Assembly: GCA_031459535.1 (NCBI GenBank) | Contig: JAVKIJ010000022.1 | Span: forward strand, 1-37,437 | Direction: 5' to 3' | DNA from: Candidatus Fervidifonticultor quintus | Lineage (GTDB): Bacteria; Sysuimicrobiota; Sysuimicrobiia; Sysuimicrobiales; Humicultoraceae | DNA: 37,437 nt | In this document: one piece after another, positions 8,244-17,362 of the stretch | Layout: each line of letters begins with the position of its first letter | How positions within the stretch are numbered: the first letter of the stretch is position 1 | Position numbers and translations under genes: made by a program | Notes under the pieces: generated by a model | Seen by the model: only the letters and a program-made list of their open reading frames with translations | Databases searched by the model: none | Told to the model about the DNA's origin: nothing

Positions 8244-9587
8244 ATGGACACCCACCTGACGTCGGCCGCTGTCATCGAGTCCGATCGGGCCCACCTGATC
8301 CATCCGCTCCACCACCCCAGCGATCACGCGCAGCCCCTGGTGATCGTCGAAGGCCGGGGCGCGGTCCTGCGGGATGCCGACGGCCGTGAGTACATAGACG
8401 GCTTAGCCTCACTCTGGAACGTCAACGCCGGCCATGGCCGGGTGGAGCTGGCCGAGACCGCCGCCGCCCAGATGAGGCGACTGGCCTTCACGTCGGCCTA
8501 TGTGGGGTTTACCAATGAGCCGGCCGTGCGGCTGGCCGAGCGCCTGCTTGGACTGGCGTACCGCAACCTCTCGGGTGTCTACTTCACGACCGCGGGCGCC
8601 GAGTCCAACGAGTCGGCGTTCAAGATCGCCCGCTACTACTGGAAGCGGCGAGGGATGCCCGCCAAGACCAAGATCATCGCGCGCCACCACGCCTACCACG
8701 GCGTCACCATGGCGGCCATGAGCGCCACCGGCATTCCGGTCTTTCACAGGATGTTCCAGCCCACGGTGCCGGGATTCGTCCACATCGTGCCTTCGTATCC
8801 GTACCGGTATCCCGGCTCGGGCGCCGAGGCCCTGGAAGAAGCCATCCAGCGCGAAGGTCCGGATACCGTAGCGGCGTTCATCGCCGAACCGGTGATCGGC
8901 GCCGGCGGCGTCATTCCACCAACGCCCGACTACTTCCCGAAGGTCAGAGCGATCTGCGATCGCTACCAAGTGCTGTTCATCGCCGACGAGGTCATCACGG
9001 GCTTTGGGCGCACGGGGCGGTGGTTCGCGCTCGAGCACTGGAACGTCCAGCCCGACATCATGACGTTTGCCAAGGGTGTGACCAGCGCCTACCTGCCGCT
9101 GGGCGGCGCGATCGTGTCCAGGGAGATCCACCAGGCCGTCCTCGAGGCACCGCCGGCCGAGCGCTTCATGCACGCCGCTACCTACTCCGGGCACGCCACC
9201 TGCTGCGCGGTGGGGCTGCGCAACCTGGAGATCATGGAGCGCGAGGGCCTGGTCGAGCGGGCGCAGGCCGTGGGGACGCGGCTGCAGGCCGGGCTGCAGA
9301 CCCTGCGCGACTTGCCGGTCGTGGGCGACGTGCGCGGGCTGGGCCTGATTGCGGGTATCGAGTTGGTGCAGGACCGGGCCACGAAGGCGCCGGCGTTGGG
9401 TCTCGGCGGCCGCGTGGTGGCCGAGGCGAGGCAGCGCGGCCTGCTGGTGCGGATCCGGACCGGCGCGGCCGGCGACTATCCCATCGGCGACACGATCTGC
9501 GTGGCACCGCCGCTCGTGGTCACCGAGGCGCAGGTAGACCGGATCGTGGAGGTCCTCCGCGAGTCCATCACGGCGGCTGCGGGGTAG
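8244..9587 (+). CDS. Class III PLP aminotransferase (omega-amine/putrescine:pyruvate-like)
   Basis: YIDGLASLWNVNAGHGR, AYHG, FIAEPVIGAGG, FIADEVITGFGRTG and PDIMTFAKG (PLP Lys) motifs. GAGGAG RBS. Confidence 0.93.
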   Translation: MDTHLTSAAVIESDRAHLIHPLHHPSDHAQPLVIVEGRGAVLRDADGREYIDGLASLWNVNAGHGRVELAETAAAQMRRLAFTSAYVGFTNEPAVRLAERLLGLAYRNLSGVYFTTAGAESNESAFKIARYYWKRRGMPAKTKIIARHHAYHGVTMAAMSATGIPVFHRMFQPTVPGFVHIVPSYPYRYPGSGAEALEEAIQREGPDTVAAFIAEPVIGAGGVIPPTPDYFPKVRAICDRYQVLFIADEVITGFGRTGRWFALEHWNVQPDIMTFAKGVTSAYLPLGGAIVSREIHQAVLEAPPAERFMHAATYSGHATCCAVGLRNLEIMEREGLVERAQAVGTRLQAGLQTLRDLPVVGDVRGLGLIAGIELVQDRATKAPALGLGGRVVAEARQRGLLVRIRTGAAGDYPIGDTICVAPPLVVTEAQVDRIVEVLRESITAAAG

Positions 9588-9642
9588 CGCACGCCGAGGC
9601 GCAGGCACAGGCGCGTCGGTGCGCGGCAGCCGGGCCGCGGCG

Positions 9643-9651
9643 TGCTATACT
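9643..9651 (+). promoter_or_regulatory. Extended -10 promoter of tRNA-Lys
   Basis: TGcTATACT lies 25 nt upstream of the tRNA. Confidence 0.65.
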
Positions 9652-9676
9652 GTCACCCGGATCGGCGCCGCCTCGG

Positions 9677-9752
9677 GGGCCCTTAGCTCAGCGGGCAGAG
9701 CGGCGGGCTTTTAACCCGCGCGTCGGGGGTTCGAGTCCCTCAGGGCCCACCA
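9677..9752 (+). tRNA. tRNA-Lys (anticodon UUU)
   Basis: Cloverleaf: acceptor GGGCCCT/AGGGCCC, D-stem GCTC/GAGC, anticodon arm GCGGG-CTTTTAA-CCCGC, T arm GGGGG-TTCGAGT-CCCTC, discriminator A and encoded CCA. Confidence 0.97.
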
Positions 9753-10112
9753 AGATCCGCGTGCGAGGCAAACGGCGCTCCCTGGCCGCTGCCAGCCGGG
9801 GGGCCGCGCTTCATCACCAGGTTCCCTGCTCCCATCCTTTGGAACCTCCAGGCAAGTTCAGGAGGTCGCAAGCCTGTCCAGAACGGGAATCGAGCAGTAG
9901 CGATGTAGTTTTGTCCTGCGACCGCCCTGCCACGCCCGGCGCCTGTGTCGGCGGACAAACGAGAACATCCAGATTGAGGGTGACCGCAGACAGGAGGATT
10001 CTGTCGGTGGCGGCCGAAGGCAGAACAAGCAGGGTTTCCTACTCGGCGCTTCCTCCGCAGGCGATCGTTGACGCTCCGCGATCGCTCTGCGGCCGCTACG
10101 ACACGTGGGTCT

Positions 10113-10361
10113 ATGCAGGTCACGGTGGAGGTCATGGGTCCCATCCGTAGCCACCTGCCCCAGCGCCGGACCGCGGTGGTGAGCCTGCCTCCGGACGCCA
10201 CGGTGGCCGACGCGCTGCGCGCCGTGGGGGTGCCCGAGGACGAACGGTGGAATGCCAGCGTGGAAGGCCAGCTCGTCGACGCCACGCACCCCCTGCGAGA
10301 CGGCGATCGTCTGCTGGTCTTCGCTCCAATCGCCGGGGGGTGCCGTCAACTCACTCGGTAG
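10113..10361 (+). CDS. MoaD/ThiS family sulfur-carrier protein with C-terminal extension after GG
   Basis: MQVTVEV...ATVADALRAVGV...LRDGDRLLVFAPIAGG followed by CRQLTR. Sits directly upstream of the AOR gene. Confidence 0.85.
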   Translation: MQVTVEVMGPIRSHLPQRRTAVVSLPPDATVADALRAVGVPEDERWNASVEGQLVDATHPLRDGDRLLVFAPIAGGCRQLTR

Positions 10362-10383
10362 TCGCTCAAGGAGGTCCCGACAG

Positions 10384-12276
10384 ATGCGCGGCGTGGCCGG
10401 CAAGATTCTCAGGGTGGATCTCACCTCCCAGACCTTCACCACGGAGCAGCCCGACGAGCGCTTCTACCGTACCTATCTCGGTGGCGCCGGCTTCGTGTCG
10501 TATTTCCTCCTTAAGGAAGTGCCTCCGGGGATCGACGCCTTCGACCCGCGGAACAAACTGATCTTCGCCCTTGGCCCCATCACCGGGCTGCCCATGCCGG
10601 GGGCGACCCGGGACTGCGTGGGCGCCAAGTCGCCTCTGACTGGCGGCTACTCCAAGAGCGAGTGCGGGGGCTTCTTCCCTCTGACCCTCAAAAAGACGGG
10701 TTACGATGCGATCATTGTCGAGGGGAAGGCGGAGCGGCCCGTCTACCTGCTGGTGACCGACCGGGCGGTGGAGATCCGGGACGCGTCCCACCTGTGGGGC
10801 AAGACGGTCCTGGACACCCGGAATGCCATCGCGGCCGAGACGGGCCAGAAGACGATCCGTACGGCCGCCATCGGCCCCGCGGGTGAGAACCTGGTTCGCT
10901 TCGCCGCCATCATGAACGACGTGAAGGATGCTAACGGCCGCGGCGGGCTAGGGGCGGTCATGGGCTCCAAGAACCTCAAGGCGATCGCCGCCAGCGGCAA
11001 CTGGAATCCCGACGTAGCCGATCCCGCCAGGATCCGCGAGCTCATTCTGATGATGAACAGGGGGTTCTACGACAACCCGCTGTTCGTCAAGCGCTATCAC
11101 GACATCGGGACCGGCGGGGCCTCCATGATGATCCCGGGGAACGAAATTGGCAACCTGCCCTCGTACAACTTCGACGTCAACTACTTCGAGGGCACGCCCA
11201 AGATCACCGCCGACGCCGTAATGGAGGCCTACGGCAAGGGCATGGAGGCCTGCGCCGCCTGCGGGGTGCGCTGCAAGCGGGTGGTGGAGATCGGCGAACC
11301 CTGGAACGTCCACCGACACAGTGGCGGCTCCGAGTATGAGTCCCTGGGGTCGTTGGGCGCGACCTGCGGGGTGGACGACCTGGCGCGCATCCTCAAGGCC
11401 TGCGATCTGGCCAACCTGTACGGCATGGACACGATCTCCCTGGGTGTCACGATCGGCTTCGCCATGGAGTGCTTCGAGAAGGGAATCCTCACGCTCGCCG
11501 ACACCGACGGCATCGAGCTCCGATTCGGGAACGCGGAGGCCATGCTGCAGATGGTAGAGTGGATCGCGCGCCGGCGGGGCATCGGCGACCTCCTGGCGGA
11601 AGGGTCGCGGCGGGCGGCCCGGCGCCTGGGCCGCGGCGCCGAGGCCTTCGCCATGCACGTCAAGGGCCTGGAGATCCCCATGCACGAGCCGCGGGTCAAG
11701 CAGGGCCTGGGCGTCATCTACGCCGTTGAGGCCCAGGGCGCCGACCACTGCGCCGGCATGCACGACACCGCCTACACTCAGGACTCGCCCTCGTTCGAGC
11801 ACCTGCGTGGCATGGGCGCCACCCGGCCCCTGCCGGCCGACGACCTGTCCGACGAGAAGATCGCCTCGGAGAAGGCCTCCCACATGTGGAATCTCTTCCT
11901 GGACTCGCTGGTCTGCTGCCAGTTCGTGCCCTGGAGCGTTGACCAGCTCGTGGAGGCCGTACGCGCCGTGACCGGGTGGTCATACACCACGTATGAAGCC
12001 GTCAAGTTAGGCGAGCGCATCGCCACCCTCGGCCGCATCTTCAATCTCCGCGAAGGGATCACGGCGGCTCAGGACACCCTGCCCAAACGGATGTTCGGTC
12101 CCACCCGTGCTGGCGCGCTGAAGCGGGGTGGCATCGACCCGCAGAAGTTCGGGCGCGCCGTCCGCGCGTTCTACGCCATGATGGGTTGGGATGAGGAGAC
12201 CGGGATACCGACCCGTGGCAAGCTTCGTGAGCTGGGCATCGGCTGGGCAGCCGAGGAGCTGGCTGTGCGGGTCTGA
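10384..12276 (+). CDS. Aldehyde:ferredoxin oxidoreductase family (tungstopterin) protein
   Basis: GKILRVDL, KSPLTGG, IGPAGENLV, GRGGLGAVMGSKNLKAI, CAACGVRC (4Fe-4S), EYE, YGMDTIS and DSLVCCQF motifs. AAGGAGGT RBS before ATG 10384. Confidence 0.95.
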   Translation: MRGVAGKILRVDLTSQTFTTEQPDERFYRTYLGGAGFVSYFLLKEVPPGIDAFDPRNKLIFALGPITGLPMPGATRDCVGAKSPLTGGYSKSECGGFFPLTLKKTGYDAIIVEGKAERPVYLLVTDRAVEIRDASHLWGKTVLDTRNAIAAETGQKTIRTAAIGPAGENLVRFAAIMNDVKDANGRGGLGAVMGSKNLKAIAASGNWNPDVADPARIRELILMMNRGFYDNPLFVKRYHDIGTGGASMMIPGNEIGNLPSYNFDVNYFEGTPKITADAVMEAYGKGMEACAACGVRCKRVVEIGEPWNVHRHSGGSEYESLGSLGATCGVDDLARILKACDLANLYGMDTISLGVTIGFAMECFEKGILTLADTDGIELRFGNAEAMLQMVEWIARRRGIGDLLAEGSRRAARRLGRGAEAFAMHVKGLEIPMHEPRVKQGLGVIYAVEAQGADHCAGMHDTAYTQDSPSFEHLRGMGATRPLPADDLSDEKIASEKASHMWNLFLDSLVCCQFVPWSVDQLVEAVRAVTGWSYTTYEAVKLGERIATLGRIFNLREGITAAQDTLPKRMFGPTRAGALKRGGIDPQKFGRAVRAFYAMMGWDEETGIPTRGKLRELGIGWAAEELAVRV

Positions 12277-12339
12277 AGGCTTCTACTGCTACGTGCGTTG
12301 GGGCGTCCGGTTCCATAGACGCGACGGGAGGTGAGGCGA

Positions 12340-13395
12340 ATGCGTGTGATCGTCGTCCGTTGGCTCGCGGCGCTGCTGACGGTCGCCTTGCTCGGGGGTG
12401 TCGGCCCGATCGCGGTGCGGGCCCAGCCCAATCAACTGGTCGTAAACGGGTACGGTGGCGAGTACGAAGACATTTTCAAGAAGAACATCAAGGAACCGTT
12501 CGAGCGCGAGTTCGGTGCGCGGATCATCTACGATGGCACCGGGAGTGCGTCTGAGGACTACGCCAAGATCCGGGCCACGCGGGGTGACCCCGGCTGGGAC
12601 GTCGTCGTCATGACCGCCCCTGAGGCTATTCGAGGCTGCAGGGAGAAGCTGCTGGAGCCCCTGACCGAGGCCGCTGTCCCCAACCTGAAGGCCCTGTATC
12701 CTGAGGTGCAGAGCGTCGTGGCGCCGTGCGGGGCCGTTCACGAGATCCAGTACATGAGCCTGATGTACAACACGAACCATGTGCGCCCGGCACCGGACTC
12801 GTGGAAAGTCTTCTGGGACCCCAGGTACAAGGGACACTACATCATTGTCGACATCGGCAGCATCCTCGCGGTCTACTTCCTGGTCATGGCCAGCTACATC
12901 CACGGCGGCGACGAGCGCAACATCACCCCTGGGTTCGACGCCATCGCGCGGTTGCGGCCCAATGCCCTGGCCGTGATCCAGTCGTCCGCCGCCATGGTCC
13001 CCTATGTGGAGCGCGAGGAGGCGTGGCTGCTGCCGTACTGGGACGGCCGCGCCCACTACTACCGGCGCCGGGGGTTGCCGGTGGACTTCGTGGTTCCCAA
13101 GGAAGGCAGCATCTTCCTCCTGGTGACCACTAGCGTGCCAATCGGCGCCCGGAACAAGCCACTGGCGTACAAATTCATCAACTGGTGGTTGAACGCGGAA
13201 ACCCAGCGCCGTTGGGCCCTGGCCTACACCGTCGGGAGCGCACGGGGCGGGATCTCCTTCCCCACCGAGCACCGTCAGGCCCACATCAGCTCCGTGGCAC
13301 AGGTCCGTAAGTTCAAGAGCGTCGATCCGGTCTATCTGGGGGAGAAGTGGCCTGAGTGGACCGAGACGTGGAAGCGCATCATGGCCACCCGGTAG
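12340..13395 (+). CDS. ABC substrate-binding protein, PotD/PotF-like family
   Basis: Signal peptide ending VRAQ, then YGGEY, PDSWKVFWDPRYKG, VVPKEG and LAYKFINWWL motifs. GGAGGTG RBS. Confidence 0.88.
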   Translation: MRVIVVRWLAALLTVALLGGVGPIAVRAQPNQLVVNGYGGEYEDIFKKNIKEPFEREFGARIIYDGTGSASEDYAKIRATRGDPGWDVVVMTAPEAIRGCREKLLEPLTEAAVPNLKALYPEVQSVVAPCGAVHEIQYMSLMYNTNHVRPAPDSWKVFWDPRYKGHYIIVDIGSILAVYFLVMASYIHGGDERNITPGFDAIARLRPNALAVIQSSAAMVPYVEREEAWLLPYWDGRAHYYRRRGLPVDFVVPKEGSIFLLVTTSVPIGARNKPLAYKFINWWLNAETQRRWALAYTVGSARGGISFPTEHRQAHISSVAQVRKFKSVDPVYLGEKWPEWTETWKRIMATR

Positions 13396-14303
13396 GCACG
13401 GCAGAAGTCACGGTCAGGCCAGCGGTCGGCCCGCCCGAGACCGCGGTCGGCCCCCGCCGCCGTCTCCCGCCTGCGCTGGTGCTGCTGGCACCGGCGGTGG
13501 CGTACCTGCTCCTGTTGTTCTTCATCCCGCTGGGGATTCTGGCCGGCGTCAGCGTGCTCAAGTACGAGGGCGGACTCATTGTCCACGCGTTCACCCTCGG
13601 CCACTACGCCAAGCTGCTGACCGACCCATTCTACCTGAGCATCCTGGTGCGCACGCTGCAGATCGCGGTCACGGTGGCGGCGGTTACCACCGCCCTTGGC
13701 TATCCGGTGGCCTACTTCCTGGCCCGGACGCGTTCACGCTGGAAGGGGTTCTACCTCGCGCTCGCCCTGGCCCCCGAGCTGTCCGGCGTGGTGCTGCGCA
13801 CCTATGGCTGGCTGGTGATCCTCGAGGATCGAGGGCTCGTGAACACGTTGTTGGTCAGATGGGGGATCATTGACGCGCCCATCAGACTGGTTCACAACAC
13901 CACCGGGGTGATCATCGGCCTGACCCATGTGTTGATGCCCTTCGCCATCCTGGCGCTCATGGCGTCCATCCAGGGCATCGATCCAACGCTGGAACAGGCG
14001 GCCATGAACCTGGGTGCCAACAGGTTGCGCACCTTCCTGCGGGTCACCCTGCCGCTGTCCGTGCCCGGTGTGCTGGGGGCGTTCTTCCTGACGTTCAGCA
14101 TCTCGGCCGGCGCCTACGCAACCCCGGCGATCCTCGGCGGCAAGGGGCTCGAGGTGATGGCGACGATGATCTACACCCAGCTGCTCTACATCCTCAACTG
14201 GCCATTCGCGGCGGCCATGTCGGTCGTGCTCATGACGGTGGTGCTGATGGCCATGATCCTGTCCGCCCGGTTCGTGGGCCGGCTGAGCGCGGGGCTCCAG
14301 TGA
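13356..14303 (+). CDS. ABC permease (PotB-like); start codon uncertain
   Basis: LGYPVAYFLAR, VLRTYGWLVIL and EAA loop LEQAAMNLGANRLRTFLRVTLPLSVPG. Confidence 0.9.
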   Translation: MDRDVEAHHGHPVGTAEVTVRPAVGPPETAVGPRRRLPPALVLLAPAVAYLLLLFFIPLGILAGVSVLKYEGGLIVHAFTLGHYAKLLTDPFYLSILVRTLQIAVTVAAVTTALGYPVAYFLARTRSRWKGFYLALALAPELSGVVLRTYGWLVILEDRGLVNTLLVRWGIIDAPIRLVHNTTGVIIGLTHVLMPFAILALMASIQGIDPTLEQAAMNLGANRLRTFLRVTLPLSVPGVLGAFFLTFSISAGAYATPAILGGKGLEVMATMIYTQLLYILNWPFAAAMSVVLMTVVLMAMILSARFVGRLSAGLQ

Positions 14304-14315
14304 GGGTATGCGCCC

Positions 14316-15164
14316 ATGGGGTATCGGTCGCGTGAGGTGGGCTCGCCGGTGATGGTGCGGCTCTGGAGGCGCGATCTTCCCCGGTGGGGATTCCTGGCGT
14401 TGGTGGCGGCCATCTATCTGTACATGTTCCTGCCCATCGCCGTCGTGGTGCTGACCTCGCTGAATCCCGGACAGTATCTGCGGCTGCCGCCGCCGGGGCT
14501 CTCGCTGCGGTGGTACGCGGCCGCTCTCGCTCCCGAGTGGCTGGAGCCGTTCCGCATCAGCTTGGTGCTCGCCGCGACCACGGCCGTGGCGGCGTCGCTG
14601 CTGGGACTGCCGGCGGCCTTGGCCCTGGTGCGCCATCGGTTCCCCGGCCGCGAGGCCCTCAACGCGCTGTTGCTGTCGCCGCTCTCGCTGCCGGCCATCG
14701 TCAGCGGTGTGGCCATTCTGCAGTTCCTGTCCTTGATGGGACTGCGGGGGCTGATTGGATTTCCCGCCCTGTTGCTGGCGCATACAGCGCTGACCGTGCC
14801 TTATGCGATTCGGACCATCGCCATCAGCCTCCACGGGTTCGACCGCTCCCTGGAGCTGGCCGCCATGAACCTGGGGGCGACCCCCTGGCGGACCTTCCGG
14901 TATGTCACCCTGCCGTTGATCAAACCGGGCCTGTTCGCGGGGATGGTGTTTGCCTTCATCGTGTCATTCAACAATGTTCCGGTCTCGCTGTTCCTGGTCC
15001 GCCCGGGCATGGTGACCCTCCCCATTCGGATCCTCAACTACCTGGAGTATCGCTTCGACCCGTCTCTGGCGGCGGTGAACATGCTGTCGTTGCTGGTCGT
15101 TCTCGTCATCGTCGCTGCGGCAGAGCGGACGGCCGGGTTCACCAGATTCGTCTACGCGCGATGA
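14316..15164 (+). CDS. ABC permease (PotC-like)
   Basis: PPPGLSLRWY, LELAAMNLGATPWRTFRYVTLPLIKPG and FIVSFNN motifs. Confidence 0.92.
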   Translation: MGYRSREVGSPVMVRLWRRDLPRWGFLALVAAIYLYMFLPIAVVVLTSLNPGQYLRLPPPGLSLRWYAAALAPEWLEPFRISLVLAATTAVAASLLGLPAALALVRHRFPGREALNALLLSPLSLPAIVSGVAILQFLSLMGLRGLIGFPALLLAHTALTVPYAIRTIAISLHGFDRSLELAAMNLGATPWRTFRYVTLPLIKPGLFAGMVFAFIVSFNNVPVSLFLVRPGMVTLPIRILNYLEYRFDPSLAAVNMLSLLVVLVIVAAAERTAGFTRFVYAR

Positions 15165-16249
15165 CCACTGCCAGAGCGGACGTCGAGCTTCGGGGTGTCA
15201 CCAAGCGATTCGGCCGCATCACCGCCGTGGACCGGATCTCCCTGGAGGTCCAGCACGGCGAGTTCCTCACGATCCTGGGACCTAGCGGCTGTGGCAAGAC
15301 CACCACGTTGAACATGGTGGCCGGGTTCCTGGACCCCGATGAAGGCACGATTCACCTCCGCGGTCGTCAGGTCAACTTCCTGCCTCCCTTCCAGCGGGAT
15401 ACGAGCATGGTGTTCCAGAACTACGCGCTGTTTCCCCACATGAGCGTCTATGACAACGTGGCCTTTGGATTGCGGATGCGGTCGGTGGCGGAAGCCGAGA
15501 TCAAGCGTCGGGTACTGCAGGCGCTGGACCAGGTCCAGCTCCAGGGATTGGGCGACCGCTATCCGCGCCAGCTCTCTGGCGGGCAGCAGCAACGGGTCGC
15601 TCTGGCCCGGGCGATTGTCACCGAGCCGACGGTGCTGCTCCTCGATGAGCCGCTCAGCAACCTGGACCTGAAGCTGCGGGAGGCCATGCGCCTGGAACTC
15701 AAGGCGCTGCAGCACCGGCTGGGCATCACCACCATCTATGTCACCCACGACCAGACCGAGGCGCTGGTCATGTCGGACCGAATTGTGGTCATGAACCAGG
15801 GGCGCGTGGAACAGACCGGGACATCCCTGGAGATCTACGAACGGCCGGCCAGCCCCTTTGTGGCGGACTTCATTGGCACGATGAATTCGTTGCCGGTGCG
15901 CATCACCGGCACGGCCGACGGCTGGCTCGAGGTGATGACGTCCGGAGGTCTCCCTCTCCGGCTGCCGGCGCAGCCGGTTGCGGCCAGCAGGCTGCTCGTG
16001 GCCATCCGGCCTGAGAAGTGCCGCGTGACGCGCCAACAGCCCGCAGAGCCCAACGCGTTTCCGGCCAAGGTGACCGAGGTCGTGTATCTGGGGACGACGA
16101 TCAGGTACCACGTGGCTTTGGAGTCGGGCGAGGGTCTCTTGGTTGACGACTTGAATATCCCCGCGACAGCCATTCGGAAAGGCGATGCCGTCTGGGTCGT
16201 GGTGACGCCGGAACATTGCGTGCTCCTGGAGGCGACGGCGTCGTCGTGA
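15161..16249 (+). CDS. ABC ATP-binding protein (PotA-like, C-terminal TOBE)
   Basis: [33 protein letters not shown] and YVTHDQ motifs. ATGA overlap with the upstream permease stop. Confidence 0.95.
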   Translation: MTTARADVELRGVTKRFGRITAVDRISLEVQHGEFLTILGPSGCGKTTTLNMVAGFLDPDEGTIHLRGRQVNFLPPFQRDTSMVFQNYALFPHMSVYDNVAFGLRMRSVAEAEIKRRVLQALDQVQLQGLGDRYPRQLSGGQQQRVALARAIVTEPTVLLLDEPLSNLDLKLREAMRLELKALQHRLGITTIYVTHDQTEALVMSDRIVVMNQGRVEQTGTSLEIYERPASPFVADFIGTMNSLPVRITGTADGWLEVMTSGGLPLRLPAQPVAASRLLVAIRPEKCRVTRQQPAEPNAFPAKVTEVVYLGTTIRYHVALESGEGLLVDDLNIPATAIRKGDAVWVVVTPEHCVLLEATASS

Positions 16250-16283
16250 CCCGGACCGGATCACCGGCTCGAGGAGGACAGCG

Positions 16284-16652
16284 ATGCGAGAGATTGTGCA
16301 CGAGCGAGACGTGCCGTTGACTGAAGCGCCGCTGCGCGAGGGCCATCACGGTGGGCAGATCCGCTACGTATTCACCAAGGATACCGTCGACAGCCGGCGC
16401 CTGCGGTTGCTGGTCCAGGAATACCCCGCGGGCGCGTATACCGTCGCCGCGGAACACGGCGTCCATCCCAGCATGGAGCAGGCGTATTACATTCTGGAGG
16501 GCGAGATGGAACTGGAGCTGGGCGCGGAACGTCGCCGGATCGGTCCGGGCACCTTCGTGTACATCCGCCCGGGCATGCCGCACGGGCACCGCAATCCCGG
16601 GCCCGGCCTGCTCCGGTTTGTGACCTTCAACTGTCGGTGGGAAGATCAGTAG
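16284..16652 (+). CDS. Cupin domain protein
   Basis: HGVHPSMEQAYYILEG and IRPGMPHGHRN metal-binding motifs. GAGGAGG RBS. Confidence 0.9.
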   Translation: MREIVHERDVPLTEAPLREGHHGGQIRYVFTKDTVDSRRLRLLVQEYPAGAYTVAAEHGVHPSMEQAYYILEGEMELELGAERRRIGPGTFVYIRPGMPHGHRNPGPGLLRFVTFNCRWEDQ

Positions 16653-16668
16653 GGCCACCCCGACGCCG

Positions 16669-17361
16669 ATGACGATCAACCCCCGTGTGAACACCCTGTC
16701 CAGGGAGCTCGTGGAAGCCTTTCTCACCGTGGATCCCGCCACCATTGGGCACTTCATCCACTTCGGCTTCCTCGACTATCACATCAAACCGCTGTGGCGT
16801 CCCGTGAAGATTGCAGGTCCTGCGTTCACGGTGCGCACGCCGGCCATGGACACCACCATGCTGCACCGCTGCTACGAGATGCTGGAACCTGGTGACGTCC
16901 TGGTCATCGACCGATGCGGCGACCGCGCGCACGCCGGGTTCGGCGGCGTGACGGCCTACGCGGCCAAGGTGCGGCAGGTTGCGGGTGTGGTCATTGACGG
17001 GCTGGCAACGGACATCCGCGAGATCGAGGAATATCGCCTGCCGGTCTTTGCCGTCGGTCTCACGGCCCGTACGACGAAGATGTATGGGACGGGCGGAGAC
17101 ATTAATGTACCAGTGACGGTTGGAGGCGTGGTCGTGCGCCCCGGCGATCTCGTCGTGGGCGATGACAATGGGGTCCTGGTCCTCCCACCGGAGGAGGCAC
17201 CGTCGCTGCTGAAGATGGCTCAGGAGGCGGAGGCGAGGGAGAAGGAGACCAAGGAGAAGCTCGCCCGCGGGATTCCCCTGACGGACATTTCGGGGTCCAA
17301 GCGCCTGATCGCAGCGGATGTTCCTAGGCTGCTGCGGGGGATTCGCTTTCCTGGGGCTTGA
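16669..17361 (+). CDS. RraA family / HMG-CHA aldolase-like protein
   Basis: IAGPAFTV, PGDVLVID, GVVIDGLATDIREI and INVPVTVGGVVVRPGDLVVGDDNGV motifs. Confidence 0.9.
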   Translation: MTINPRVNTLSRELVEAFLTVDPATIGHFIHFGFLDYHIKPLWRPVKIAGPAFTVRTPAMDTTMLHRCYEMLEPGDVLVIDRCGDRAHAGFGGVTAYAAKVRQVAGVVIDGLATDIREIEEYRLPVFAVGLTARTTKMYGTGGDINVPVTVGGVVVRPGDLVVGDDNGVLVLPPEEAPSLLKMAQEAEAREKETKEKLARGIPLTDISGSKRLIAADVPRLLRGIRFPGA

Positions 17362-17362
17362 A

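Noticed and set aside
9753-10112. Canonical Moco/Wco riboswitch or sigma54 promoter upstream of moaD-AOR
   Set aside because: I could not find the conserved Moco RNA elements or a TGGCAC-N5-TTGC site by eye. Kept only as an unassigned structured region.
14384-15160. Apparent 259-aa N-terminal extension of the ABC ATPase (621-aa ORF)
   Set aside because: It is an out-of-frame overlap with the permease. The real start is the coupled ATG at 15161.
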